DNA of 64,000 bases from Prorocentrum cordatum (Eukaryota), in the NCBI GenBank assembly GCA_963575745.1, contig CAUYUJ010000292.1:372001-436000 (forward strand), in the 5' to 3' direction. Below the pieces are notes generated by a model, which worked only from the letters and a program-made list of their open reading frames with translations, was not told the DNA's origin and did no database searches. A program made the translations under genes and the position numbers. Of this stretch, positions 37,115 through 49,900 are shown piece by piece (position 1 is the stretch's first letter; each line of letters opens with the position of its first letter).

Positions 37115-38580
37115 CACTGTTGGGGGTTCTGTCCACCCCCGACCGAGGCCGTTCTCTTGACAAGGCTCAACGGACCTACTTCGGCAACCCTAAGCCTATG
37201 CAGGCAACTACGCTTGATGCCCGTGACTGCAGCGCCCCAGAGGTCACAGGCTTGAGGGTCCACACGTTGAAATCCATGGACCCGCCGAGCTCGCCGCAGG
37301 CAGGGCGCCTCAGGCTCGGCCGCGCCCTGCCGCCGACCGGCGGGGGGCGCCTGCGGGGCCCGCGGCGCAGGCGGCTGCCGAGGTAGACCACCCTCGGCAC
37401 GCACGTCTGCAGCACCTTCGCCACCGTCCGATCGGCGAGGGCGGCGCCACGCCTGAGCCTCCACCTGCCCTCGCCGAGCTCGGCTGGCCCGCGCCCTGCA
37501 GCCTCCTCGCCGACTGCCTGGTAGCACAGATGGCGGCGGCTCGCCTTCAGGTTCAGGGTCGGCGATCCATCCCCTCAGCAGCTCGAACTCACCGTTGTGG
37601 ATGTCGGCAGTACCGTAGCCCCTGCCCTGATCATGGTTGTAGTCACTCTTGACTTGGTCAGCGCCCCGTGCAGGGGCTTGCTCTGTAGCGCTGTATGATG
37701 ACTGGTTGTCACGTGGCCCATGGTCGTTAACAATGCCATCCCAACCACCAGCTATCCAGCCTTGTTCAAACTCGGGCGACGTCATCCACCAGGCACTCGA
37801 CGGAGTAACCCGCAAAACTGGATGTCGATCCCGTGAGTCGAAGTTGCGCTTTGTGCTGCTACCCCCTCGGCGGTGGTGCCTCACCGCCGTTCGCAGCACC
37901 CTTCTTGGCGTCAAGCTTGGCCTTCGCCGCCAGGATGGTGGCGCTGGCGGCCATAGGCGTGGACTTGGGCTTTTGCTCTGCGTCTTCGCCCTCTGCTGCA
38001 GCGCCAATGGCCTCGGCTGTCGCGGCCTCGGGGACCGCCGTGCGGGCCCTCTTCGCTGCAAGCCTCTTGGCCTGGGCCTTCCGCCCCTGCTTGGTCGCCG
38101 AGGCCTTGGTGCGGAGGTCGCCGAACAGCAAGTACGCAGCCTGCTTGAACTGTTCCTGCAGCATCTCGCGTCGGCGTGCCGCTTCCCTGTGGTCCTCGTC
38201 CACCACCACGTCGCCCAGCTGCTCCAGGCCGAAGAGCCCCCTTCGTCCAGCACGAATGTGGCCCCATCCAAGAACTTGGACATGTCCAGCTTGGGGTGTC
38301 CTCCCGCCTCAGGCCCAGGGTCGATGACGATGGTGTGCACGCTGCGGACTGCCGACTGGTACCTGGCCCTGGCTTCCTCCAGGGTCTTGGCGTCATGCTC
38401 GACCTCGGCCTGCGCGTCGACCAGGAGCTGTTCCACCCGCTCGCACATGCCGATGGACTGGCGGAGCCGCTCCTCTGCTTGCACCCCCTGCGCCCTGGCC
38501 AGCTCGAACGAGACGTCGCTGCCATGCTTGGCGAGGCTGTGCTCCTCCAGCTTGGCCCTGTAGTAGTCGGCCGCCATGGT
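37115..38580 (-). pseudogene. 5' part of a decayed LINE (coiled-coil ORF1 plus endonuclease remnant)
   Basis: Coiled-coil ORF starting MAADYYRAK (38580-37860), followed by HLCYQ...GGSMDFNV (GDFN-like). Confidence 0.45.
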
Positions 38581-38809
38581 GTCCCCAGAGAGAGTGTGAG
38601 CAGCCCGGCCAGCTTGGCCAGGCACTCCTCCTCGCCTCCTGTCTGGCGGGCCCTGTGGCCAGGTCGACGCTGTCCCGCAGACCGCCGCGTCTCCCTCTGC
38701 TGCCGCCGCTGGCCATCCTTTCGGCCGCCGACCCCGCTGCAGCAGCCTGTTTGCCGCCTGCCCCTGGCTGCCCCAAGGGGGTTTGGGCCGCCCAGCGGGC
38801 GAGCGGTCC

Positions 38810-38941
38810 TCCTCCTCCGGCTCCTCCTCCTCCTCCTCCTCCTCCTCCTCCTCCTCTCCCTCCTCTCTCCTCTCTCCTCCCTCCTCTCTCCTCACTCCTC
38901 TCTCCACTCTCCTCTCTCCTCTCGTCTCTCTCTCATCTCTC

Positions 38942-38976
<35 letters not shown>

Positions 38977-41752
38977 CGCTCTCTCTCTCTCTCTCCCTCC
39001 TCCCTCCTCATTCCTCCGTTCTGCTCCTCCTACTTCTCCTGCTCCTCCTCATCGTCATCCCTTTTCCCATTTCCTCTCTCATCTCTCCTCTCTCCTCTCT
39101 ACTGTCTTCTGTCTCCCGTCTCGTCTCTCCTCCCTCCTCCTCCCTCCTCCTCCTCCTCCTCCTCCTCCTCTCACTCCGCCTCCTCCTCCTCCTCCCTCTT
39201 TCCCTCCTCCCTCCTCCCTCCCCTCCACCTCCTCCTCAGTCTACTCCCTCCGCCTCCTCCTCCTCTACCACATCCACCTTATCACCCTCGTCTTCCTCCG
39301 CCTCCTCCGCCTCCGCCTCCTCCTCCTCCTCCTCCTCCTCCTCCTCCTCCTCCTCCTCCTCCTCCTCATCCTCCTTCCCCTTCCCCTCCTCCTCCTCCTC
39401 CTCCTCCTCCTCCTCCGCCTCCTCCTCCTCCTCCCTCCTCCTCCTCCTCCTCCTCCCCTCCTCCCCCTCCTCCATCCTCCTCCTCCCTCCTCCCTCCTCT
39501 CCCTCCTCCCCCTCCCTCCCTCCCACCTCCCACCTCCTCTCCTCCCTCCTCCTCCTTCCTCCTCCTCCTCCTCCTCCTCCCTCCTCCTCCTTCCTCCTCC
39601 GTCTCCTACTCCTACGCCTACTCCTTCTCCTACTCCTATCCTTATTCCTTATTAGAATATACTCCTACTCCCCCCTCAGGCCGGCAGATAGCGGGCGCAT
39701 CCGGGTGGTCCCATCCTAGCCTGTAAAAAAACAATACAAATCAATATTTTTCTTATTTTTTCCTCTCGACATGGCCGTCCTGTCGTCCACGGCGATGATC
39801 CATTGCAAAAAAACCACAAAGAGCACACGCGCGCGTTCATGTCATAATCCTACCGAACACCGTGTGTTTGCAAGCATTTCAACATAAAAACATCAAAAAC
39901 CCAATGTTTTTTCACAAAAAATTGTACAAATTTCCCGCCCGGGCTCTCTTGCTGAAATCATAGGAAAACCATAGGAATCTTAAGAATTCGGTCAAATCCA
40001 GCGATTTCACGTCATCGCGCGGTGCACTCGCGATGCTCTGTCATGCACCCAGGCCGCGAATCCTGTGCAAAAAATACAACAAAGAGCACACTCGCGCGTT
40101 CATGTCAGAATCCTACCGAACACCGTGTGTTTGCAAGCATTTCAACATAAAAACATCAAAAACCCAATGCTTTTTCACAAAAATGCTTTGGGGTGTCCTG
40201 TCAGACCGTCGGGCTTCCTCCGGCCACCTCTGGCTTCCTGCGGTGTACCGGGCCATTCTCGACTCGTCTGGCAATGCGTGCGCGGCATTCAACACGCGCT
40301 CGCCAGTTCCCGTCGGCAACCGCCATCGCGGCCGCATCAGCTGTACCAAACCGGCTGGCCGGTGTGACTTCGGCCCCCAGTTGTGCCAGCTTTGCTTCTT
40401 ATGTTGTGGGAGGGCGGGTGGGACTGGGCATGCCATGCTTGACTCGCTCGAGCTGGCTAGCTTGACTCCTACTCCTACTCCTACTCCTACTCCTACCCCT
40501 ACCCCCGCTCCTCCTCCACCTCCTCCTCCTCCTTCTCCTCGTCATCCTCCTCCTGACCTGTCGCGCTCCTCCTCCTCCTCCTCCTCCTCCTCCTCCTCCA
40601 CCTCCTCCTCCTGACCTGACCAGCCGTGGCGACGAGCCACCTCCCGAGGGCCTGAGAAAAGGAGGCATGCAACGCCGAAGGGCATCGGACTTCAAACTCC
40701 GATCCCCGCAACTCGGTCTGTTGCCCCTCCTCTTCATATCCTCTTCCTCCTCCTCCTCCTCCTCCTCCTCCACCTCCCCCTGCTCCTCCTCCTCTCCTCC
40801 TCCTCCTCCTCCTCCCCTCCTCCTCCTCCCTCCTCCTCCTCCTCCTCCTCCTCCTCCTCCTCCTCCTCCTCCTCCTCCTCCTCCTCCTCCTCCTCCTCCT
40901 CCTCCTCTCCTCCTCCTCCTTCCCCTCCTCCTCCTCCTCCTCCTCCTCCTCCTCCTCCCTCCTCCTCCTCCCCTCCTCTTCCCCCTCCTCCTTCTCTTCC
41001 TCTTCCCTCCTCTTTCTCCTCCTCTTTCTCCTCCTCCTCCTCCTCCTCCTCCTCCTCCTCCTCCTCCTCTCCGCCTCCTCCGCCTCCTCCTTCTCCTCCT
41101 CCACCTCCTCCTCCTCCCCCCTTCCCTCCCTTCCTCCTCCTCCTCCTTCCTCCTTTTTGCTCCTCCTCCCCCCCATTTCCCTTCTCCTCCTCCTCCTCCT
41201 CCTTCTCCTCCTCCTTCTCCGTCTCCTTCTCCTTCTCCTTCTCCTTATCCTTCTTCTCCTATCCTGGCTTGCGCGACACCCCGCCCGCTTTGATGCCCCG
41301 CCCGCCCATCAAGGTCCGACCGCCTGCCCGTCCGCTTGCCCGCAGAAATTCGCCCACCCGCCCACTCAAGCTCACCCGCCTGGCAACAAACCCGTCCGCC
41401 CACGAACTCCTCCCCCCTTCCGCTATTCGCTGCCCAAGCTCTCCTCCTCCTCCTATCCTCCTCCTCCTCCTCCTCCGCCTCCTCCTCCTCCTCCTTTCTC
41501 CTCCTCCTCCTCCTCCTCCTCCTCCTCCTCCTCCTCCTCCTCCTCCTCCTCCTCCTCCTCCTCTTCTGAGGATGAGGAGGAAACTCATTCTCCACCCTCC
41601 CTCTTCCTCCACCTTCCTCGCCCCCCAACACCCGACCCGTCTTAGGTCTGCTGTCCACCGCGGCCAGGCGCGTCGGCCCGTGGTCCCAAGCACGCCGCGA
41701 GGGGTGTGCGTGCGCGTGTGCGTGTGCGTGTGCGTGTGTGTGTGTGCGCGTG

Positions 41753-41793
<41 letters not shown>

Positions 41794-41995
41794 GTGTGTG
41801 TGCCCATCGGGAAGGTTTTCATCAGCACACAGGTGGGGTGGGGGGGGGGGTCGACAGCCCACCCGGGAACCGGCAACAGGGCACTCCTCCGCTCCTCCCT
41901 CTCTCCCTCCCTCCCTCCCTCCCTCCCTCCTTCCCTCCCTCCCTCCCTCCCTCCCTCCCCCCCCTCCCTCCCTCCCTCCCTCCCTCCCTCCCTCC
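38810..41995. repeat. Large (CCT)n-dominated low-complexity zone, also containing (CT)n, (GT)n at 41703-41802 and (CCCT)n at 41895-41995
   Basis: Seen directly. Other CCT/GGA tracts lie at 262-476, 3105-3219, 4316-4463, 7310-7636, 11280-11467, 44150-44272, 47225-47512, 50860-51491, 52850-53120, 56985-57103, 59320-59880 and 61430-61660. Confidence 0.95.
39804..40182 (+). repeat. Two ~117-bp direct repeats (39804-39920, 40066-40182)
   Basis: Near-identical AAAGAGCACAC...CCCAATG.TTTTTCACAAAAA segments. Confidence 0.85.
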
Positions 41996-42524
41996 TGCCG
42001 ACTGCATCTTTCCTTTGCTTTCCGCACCGTCGCCTCCAGCTCTTCGCGCCGCCCGCCGCCCTCTCGCTTCTGTGCGTTGGGCCGCATGGCGCCCAGGTCC
42101 GGGCCTCCCTTCGGTGGGGAGGGTGGCGGCACATACAAGTGCCCCCCGCCCCCTGGCCTCTCGGGGTGGGAGCCTTCGGCAAGACGGCGCGCAGACTGCT
42201 GCAATGCCGAATCCCAGCGACCCTCCCTCCTCCCTCCCGTCCCCTCGCTGCCCGTCGCTTCCAGAACCCCGGCGGCGGCGGCGACGAAAAGAAACGTATC
42301 TTACAGTTGGGGCGTTGACCTAAGGAACCCGAAATAAGGGACGAGGCCCCTTTCTTCCATATGTTCAACTTCGATTCCCCATCGAAGACCTAAGGAAAAC
42401 CAAAGGCGAACTGTAAAACAACTAAGGAACACTGAGCACCTCCCAAACGAAAAGGGTTCCTTCTTCAGCGTCCCGACTGCACGCAACGTAGCATTAAAAA
42501 CCCTTATGCAGTGGCGAACGCATG

Positions 42525-42905
42525 CACTGGAAAAAAGAGGGCGCTTACGCGCGACCTTACGCGGGAAGTGTTCGCGAGCACGTGTGCGTAATCGGCCCCG
42601 GTTTCTTTCGCCGCTCACCTGAGAGCCGGCGACAGGGTACTCCTCCCTCCCTCCCCCTCCACTGGGGGAAGGAACAACGATATGAACAACAGAAGAACCT
42701 CACACAGTGGCTTACGCAGGCCGCCAGCATGGCACGCCACACTGGAAACACGAGGGCGCTTATACGGGCGGCCCTACGCGGGAAATTTACGCGAGCACGT
42801 GGGCGCGGTCGGCCCCGGTTTCTTTCGTCGCTCACCTGAGAACCTTCGACGGGGCACTCCTTCCTCCCTCCCTCGCAACTGGGGGAAGGAACAATCATAC
42901 GAACC
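42525..42905 (+). repeat. Tandem duplication, unit about 215 bp
   Basis: CACTGGAAA..GAGGGCGCTTA..TCGGCCCCGGTTTCTTTCG..GGGGGAAGGAACAA occurs twice. Confidence 0.8.
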
Positions 42906-45442
42906 AAAAATCAACTTACGATGTCCGCGCAAGTTTCTCGGAGCGGCGGTGAACCCCGCTCCCTGGCGCCGATCTGATGAATCCGCGCGGACCTCCGAAT
43001 TTTCATGTTTATGTCGTTGCTTCTTCCCCTGAGGCACTCCTCCCTCCCGCCCTCCTCCGTCTTGAGCGCGATACATGGGGGGGACGAAAGGTGCCTGGGC
43101 CCTCCAGGCTCCCTTCTAGGCCCGAAGCGACCCCTTTAGGGGCCCTGCCAAGGGCCCCTTTTCTGCAGCCCTCGCTGCCCCCTCGTTTTTATCGCACCCC
43201 CATTGCTCGGGCCGGGCGGAAGGAGGGGGACAGCAAAGGTGGGCTTTGAGAATCAGCTAGCGGAGCTGATTTTCCCGGCGCCTCCCGGCGCCGGGAGGCG
43301 GCCATGTATCGAGAAATGGGCCCCTCGGCAGGGCCGACACCAGCTGCATACAGCATATTTCGTAAACCCCCTTTCCCAATCCCCCCTTTTCGTCCGGCCC
43401 GAATTACCCAGACTCCCGACGTCATGATTTTTTCGTTACGTCGACCCCTGCAGGTCTCGACCCATTCCATTCCCCTGGACCGACTTTTCATCCCGAGTCG
43501 CTTCTTGATGGCCCCGAGGGCCGGTGAGGGCCCCCAGAGGGCGAAAATAGCAGCAAAAACCTCCCGCCATGATTTTGTCGTGGCCCGATGGGGGTCTGGG
43601 CTATACGCGCCCCCCAGCCGCCGGTCGCGTCCAGAAGCCCGGCGGCGGCGGCGGCGGCGCTGCGGCGCAGGCCACGCCGCCCAGCGCGCCCCAGGGCGAG
43701 ACGAGCTGCAGGGGAGCCTCGGGCGCTGGACGAGGGCGGGGGGCCCAGGCTTACGTCGGGCGTGTCCCCCTACACAGGGGGATTTTCGACGAAAAATGCA
43801 AAAGACTCAAAACAGACTCCAGAATGGTAAAAAAATGCAGAAAAAATAGTCCCCCTGTAGAGGTGCAGGCCCGACGTAAGCCTGGGCGAGCGTTCTCTCA
43901 GTCGGCGCTTCGGCACTGGGCGGACGAAGGGGGGGGGCTGCCCCGCTGTTCCTCGGAGCAGGGGCCGACCGCCCCGGCATTCCGAGGGTCCTACCACGAC
44001 ATGTTCTCAGAACCCCTAAAACGTTCTAAGAACAGAAGCAGTGTTCTTAGAACATCACCCCGCTGTGCCAAATCAAGACGGTCCCAACCAGAAATGTTCT
44101 GAGAACAGGTCGTGGGAACCACAAAAGGTTCTTGGAGCATTGACTGGTAGGAGGAGGAGGAGGAGGAGGAGGAGGAGGAGGAGGAGGAGGAGGAGGAGGA
44201 GCAGGAGGAGGAGGAGGGAGGAGGGGGGGAGAAGGAGGAGGAGGAGGAGGAGGAGGAGGAGGAGGAGGAGGAGCCAGGACGCTTCGCCGCTGCTTGAGCT
44301 CCTGCCGCTGGGCGCCCGCGCCTGGCCAGTCCTGCAGCCGGGCGTCCTTGGCTATCCGGGCTGTGGCGCGCTACGCGCGCTTGAGGCACAACATGCACGC
44401 ACGTGTCCCCCTACAGGGGGGATTTTCGACGAAAAATACAACATACTCACAACATACTCCAGAATGGTTTTAAAAATTCGAAAAACAGTCCCCTGACTTT
44501 TTAATGACTATTTTTGAATGCAGCCGGGCGTTCTTGGCTATCCCAACTGTGGAGCGCTACGCGCGCTTGAGACACAACATGCACGTACGTGTGCCGGCTG
44601 GATCGGCCGAAGCACGGCTGCCGGGGCGTGGCAGCCTCTTACCCGCGTGGGCGTGGCAGACACCAGCGGGCCTTCATCCTCATGCTCCTGCTCATGCCAC
44701 TTGTCCTGCTCCTGTCGTGGCTCTGGACCTCTGCTTAGTGTGACTGTGTGGGACAGTGCGTGCTATGCCACCTGCTCGAAACAGGCGCCAGAAAAGCAGC
44801 CAAGATCCACTCCAAGGGTGCGGGGGAGGGGCGGGGGGGCGCAGGCCCGCGCCGATCGGCAAAACGACGAAGAAGAAAACGACGACTAGCTGATTTAAAC
44901 AACTGGGGGGGCGCTGTTCCTCGTTTTTGTTCCACCTTTCCGCTTCGGCCCATCAAAACGGCAAAACAACTGCAGCCCAAAACAGAAGCAACAAGAAAAA
45001 CTCAAAGCGGAACCGAACCGGAAAGGGCGCGAACGAGGATCCCCAAACGGAGAAAAATGGTGCTTTGAGCGATCCCCACCGACACCTTCGGCGCTTGTTC
45101 CCGACGGTGTGCGCACCGACTTGAACGATACGCAGAGGCGACGATAGGGGCGAACAGCCCAGGGGGAAGCAATGCATGTATCCAGAGGCGCCGATGACCT
45201 ATGTCTTCGGCGAGGCTCCCCGGCGAATGCGTGTAATGCCCGCCCCTGGGCTATTCGCCCTTATCGTCGCCGCCGGGGTACGCGCAGGGCCCGGTGGTAC
45301 CGGCCAGCGCGGGGGCCCAGCCAGGTCGCAAGTTGCCGTTGCCCTAAAATCGAACAACCCCAGGCTCTCGTAGGACGAATGCCCCTGACGTAAGAAGTCG
45401 AAACAAGCCCTGGGGCGAAAAAACAAACCCCCAAACGCGTGG

Positions 45443-46969
45443 TGTTAGCGAGACCCCAGAACTGGTGCGGAGAGAGTCTGCATCATGTTGAAAAAGAGAA
45501 GTAGGAATAGGAGTAGGAGGAGGCTGTATTATGTTTGCTTTGTTTCTGCCCCAGTGTAATGAATGACACTATGTTATGTTTTGTTCTGTTCTGGACGGGC
45601 CCGCGTGACGTCGTGACGCCTGTTACGGTAGACAAGTCGTCTAATCGATCGTTGCTAAGCATGTTGGTCCCTGTGGACAGCCTTACCTCGGCGCGCACGC
45701 CGCGTTTGATTACAGGATAAAGCACGCTGCAGCATGTCATATAGTCCCTCTTCACTTATGCTTTCCTTTCTGCCAAAATATGCTCTGCTATACCCACCCC
45801 TGTCACATCATGATGTAATAGGTTATGTGGTTCTTTGCAGTGTGGCACGATGGTATGACATGATATGCAGTGCCAAGTTCTGTTCGATCCTGGTTAAATT
45901 CAGTGATGCTGCTTTGGTTACGGAATAAGATAGTGTTATGCCATTGTATCATCCCGCTCTGTTATGGCATACCACATCAATGAAATAATAGCCAACCGTG
46001 TTATATCAAACTCGCTGCCCTAGTGTTACCAACATTAACATACTCAAAATATATTGTGATTACTATGTTGTGTGATGGTCCGTGAATGATGCATGCTGTG
46101 GTACGTCATTGTGCTCCTCTGTCATCTGATAAACATCCATCATATGCCGTCGTGGCAGCAGTCGTGGAACACATCTGGTATGCTATGCTATGGTATGTAA
46201 TGCTGTACTCTACTATGCAAATGTATTTCATGGTACGCGTTGTGATGTTACAGTATGTTCGATACTGTTTCATGGCATGCTCTGTTCAGCTATAGCATCT
46301 TGTTGTATGCTCTGGTCTGCGATGGTATGCCCTGATCTGGCATGCCATACCATGGCGGCATGTCATGCTCTGTGAGTATGTGCTGTGCGATGCTATGTGA
46401 TCTCATGCTATGCTATGGTTTGCCCTGCGCTGGTATGGTCTGCTGTGCCGCGTTAAAGTATGGTGTGTGGTGTTATGCTCTAGCCTGTGCGCTCCGCTCT
46501 GTCATTGCAAAGCCTGTTGTGATGTCGTATGGTATGCTCCGATCCGCCATGTAATAGTATGGCATGCTGTATTATGTGATGGTGTTATGCTGCGCTCTGC
46601 CATGCCATTTTACACTATGTGATGACGCGCTCTGACATGGTATTATGTGTGACGTGTAGGAAGGTCTAGTATGTGCTGCTGTGTGTGATGTTATATGTTC
46701 TGTGCCAATTATGTTATTATGTGTGGTGCTCTGCTCCGTTTTGTGAGGTTCTATAGTGCTCGTCGATGGGGCCAGGCGAGAGTCTTTAGGAATTTTTGGT
46801 GGACCTAGGGATCTGGCGGCCGCGGTGTGCAGAGTCGGCGGGTCGGCGCGAGGCGAGTCTCGGGGGATTCTCGGTGAACCTGGGGATCTGGCGGCCGCGG
46901 TCTGCAGGGTGGGCGGGCAGGGTAGCGTGTTATCAAAATCTAACGGCCCTCTCCTGTCAGGTTGGGAAC
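45443..46969 (+). mobile_element. Putative Helitron-like non-autonomous element with a degenerate (TATGC/TGTTA)n interior
   Basis: 5' TGTTAG, subterminal AAATCTAAC, then an imperfect hairpin ending GGTTGGGAA. The interior 45520-46740 is a degenerate pentamer repeat. Confidence 0.45.
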
Positions 46970-49900
46970 AACTGAACCCAACATGTGAAAAAAACGTCGA
47001 TCTCGAAATCGGGACGACAACAGCGTTTTAAACATCATCGAAGGGGGGATGCAGGATCAAGGATCGAGAATCGAAGGCCAAGCCTGGAGGTTTTCGGGCA
47101 CCCAGGAGGACGAGGAGGTTCGTGGACCGAGGATCAGGGTATCAGGAGATGCTGGTGGCGATGGGCCGAAGACGGAGGAGAAGATTCGAGGAGTGCGGTT
47201 CGAGGGTCGTGGCTCGAGGACCCAGGAGGAGGAGGAGGCGGGGGAGAAGGAGGAGGAGGAGGAGGAGGAGGAGGAGGAGGAGGAGGAGGGGGAGGAGGAG
47301 AGAGGGTGGAGGAGGAGGAGGTGGAGGAGGAGGGGGGGAGGAGGGGGAGGAGGAGGGAAGAGGAGGAGGAGGGAGGTAGGAGGAGGAGGAGGAGGTGGAG
47401 GAGGAGGGGAGGAGGAGGAGGAGGAAGGAGGAGGAGGAGAGGAGGAGGCAGGAGGAGGAGGAGGAGGAGGGGGAGGAGGAGGAGCAGGAGGAGGAGGAGG
47501 AGGAGGAGGAAGAGGTCTCCGCGAGGTCGGAGGTCTGGGATCCACGTGGGCGGAGCTGACGAACGGACCACACACACACCCATACAGAGAGCGGTGGGCC
47601 CCGCGCCTCGCGATTGAGGCTGCGCTGTGGCTGTGGGTGCGCGCAGTCGGACGCCGAGGGGACACCAATCCGACAGTACGCACTCGCAGCCCTTCCAGAA
47701 ATGCACTCCGACAAAACCTGGAGTCTGTATGAAGTTAGTACGGGTGGTAACTGCCAGCTCGTGAGCAGCGCCGGCGGCCTGGACTGATCCGGACCGAATG
47801 CCTGGAGGCCTCTGGAGATGGAGCCCCCCCCCAAAAGGGCAAACCACTTCCACACACACACACATGCACACTCTCTCTCTCTCATCTACACGTCGTTCAT
47901 TTCTAATCGTGCTCATTTCTAATTGTGCTCGTTTCTAATCGTTCCTGGCCCCCTAGTGGCCGGGAAGAGACCCAGGACAGAACAATTAGAAATGAAATGA
48001 TCTTGCCCCCCCACAAATCAAAGAACTTCCGAAGAATATGAGCAATGTGTATATATTTGAATGGTCTTGGCTGGAAATCGATCCTCGAACCCTCGAGCTC
48101 ACCCAGAGGCCTCGGGAGCCTCTGGAGGCACAGAGGTGCAACAAAAGGGCAGTAACGCCTGACCAAGTCGACTCCTCGAGCCTCGAACCCTCGGCCCTGC
48201 TGAAAGAAGAACTCCATGTCGCCTAAACTGGGCAGGAGCAGATGGAGTCCGAAGATCTCGCCGCATCGCCGATGCACAGCTGATGCGGCACGACCTGGAG
48301 TCCGACCTTCTGAATCCTGGCATCACCGATGCAGTGCGATCCTCGGATCTCATCTCCTCTGATCCAATGTGGGCGGCCACCAGCGCCGAAGAGGGCGGCC
48401 AGGACAACCCCCTCTTCGACGCCTGTTTTTGTTGCGCCTGTTCTTGCCGTGTCGTAACTCGGCTCTCCGGCGGCCGTTCGGGACGATCTGGGCACGCAGG
48501 GAAAGCCCTCGACGAGACGCAGCTGCTGGAGAGCACCCCGAGGCGAGAACACCTCCAGGAGAAAGCAAAACCTCCCCCCCCCCGCGACAGAGCCTTCGAC
48601 CCCACGCTTCCCCCCCCGCCCCCCCTCCTCTTGGACGCCCCCGAGGTGAAGGGTTGCAACGCTGGCGGCCTGGATCGCGTATGACTCGAGGCCCTCCATG
48701 AGCGCCGTGGCCCGCGCGCGCCGCCGCTCCTGGCGCGCGGGCGAGCGGTTCCCAGGGCCCCCCTCGGGTCCGCCGACGAGGGGCGGCGGGGAGAGCCGGG
48801 AGCAGCGCACCTCACGGTCCAGGGCATGTGCGCGGAGGCTGGTGGCTGCTCCTGCAATGTCCAACCACGGCCAACCCGTCTCTGGAAGGACTCGCGGTGA
48901 GGATGCAGGGGCCTCGGGAGGCCGCGTCGACACTCTGCGGCCGGGGCGCGGCCAGCGGAGGCGGCCAAGGAGAGGCCGAAGATGCCAGGGTGACCTTGGA
49001 CAAGTGCAGATCCCTGCTGCGCGGGTTGACTGTTCCTGGAGACCTTCCGCCTCTGGAGAGAGAGAGAGAGAGAGAAGCGCCGTGCACGTCAGAGGTGCGT
49101 TGGCAAATAAGTGAAACAGCAACTTCCGCTGCCGGAGGCGCGGCAGCGAAACAAGAAGCGGCGAAGGGGGGGGGAGGACGACGAGGGGGAGGAGGACGAG
49201 CTCTGGAGGGGGCGTGGAATCTGAACAGCCCTCCACACCCCACTCCTCCGCCGCCCTGCTGGCCAGCATGGGGGCCCGCAGCTGGGGCCCCGCAGCTCGG
49301 GCGCGGCGCGCATGTTCTCGCTCGCCTGTGACTCGTCAGCGGCAGGGTCACGCGCCAGCGGGCGAGATGTCATTCAAGGGGCCCAAGGACACACAAATAA
49401 ATACACACAAATAAGATGTTTCCCAATATTTTTCCATATTTTCTGTTTTTTTGTCTTCCCGCCCAATTCCCATATTTCCCCATATTTTCCTGGGAGTCGA
49501 CGATTAATTGTGTCTGTGTTTTTTCTCCCCTTCTGAGTCATTGTCGCCCCAACGGCGCGCAGATGCCGTCTGGCCGCGCGGCTCCTGCGCAGGCGGGGCG
49601 CACCTCTTGCCGCTCGTCAGTTCGTCGGCAGCGTGGGCGCGCGCGAGCGGGTGAGATGGCGTGTTCGCCCAAGCTGATGGGCCCATCCTCCACCGCCACT
49701 ACCATGGGTAGTGGAGGAGGAGGAGGAGGAGGAGGAGGGGGAGGAGGAGGGTCTCCTCATCCTCCCTTCTCCCCCGTCCCGCATGTGGTAGCGGTGGTGG
49801 AGAATCTGCCCATCGCCAGCGGCGCGCAGGTTTCGCCTGGAGGTGCTGCTTCCGCGAGGGCGCGCCTAAGATTTTTTGGTCTCCAGCTCGTCGGCAGCGT

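Noticed and set aside
38176..39726. Long poly-Pro/Ser/Leu/Glu ORFs here and at 1-683, 6930-8738, 41245-42368, 47049-47916, 50701-51950 and 61053-61856
   Set aside because: They are open only because (CCT/GGA)n lacks stop codons, or they are antisense shadows of LINE remnants.
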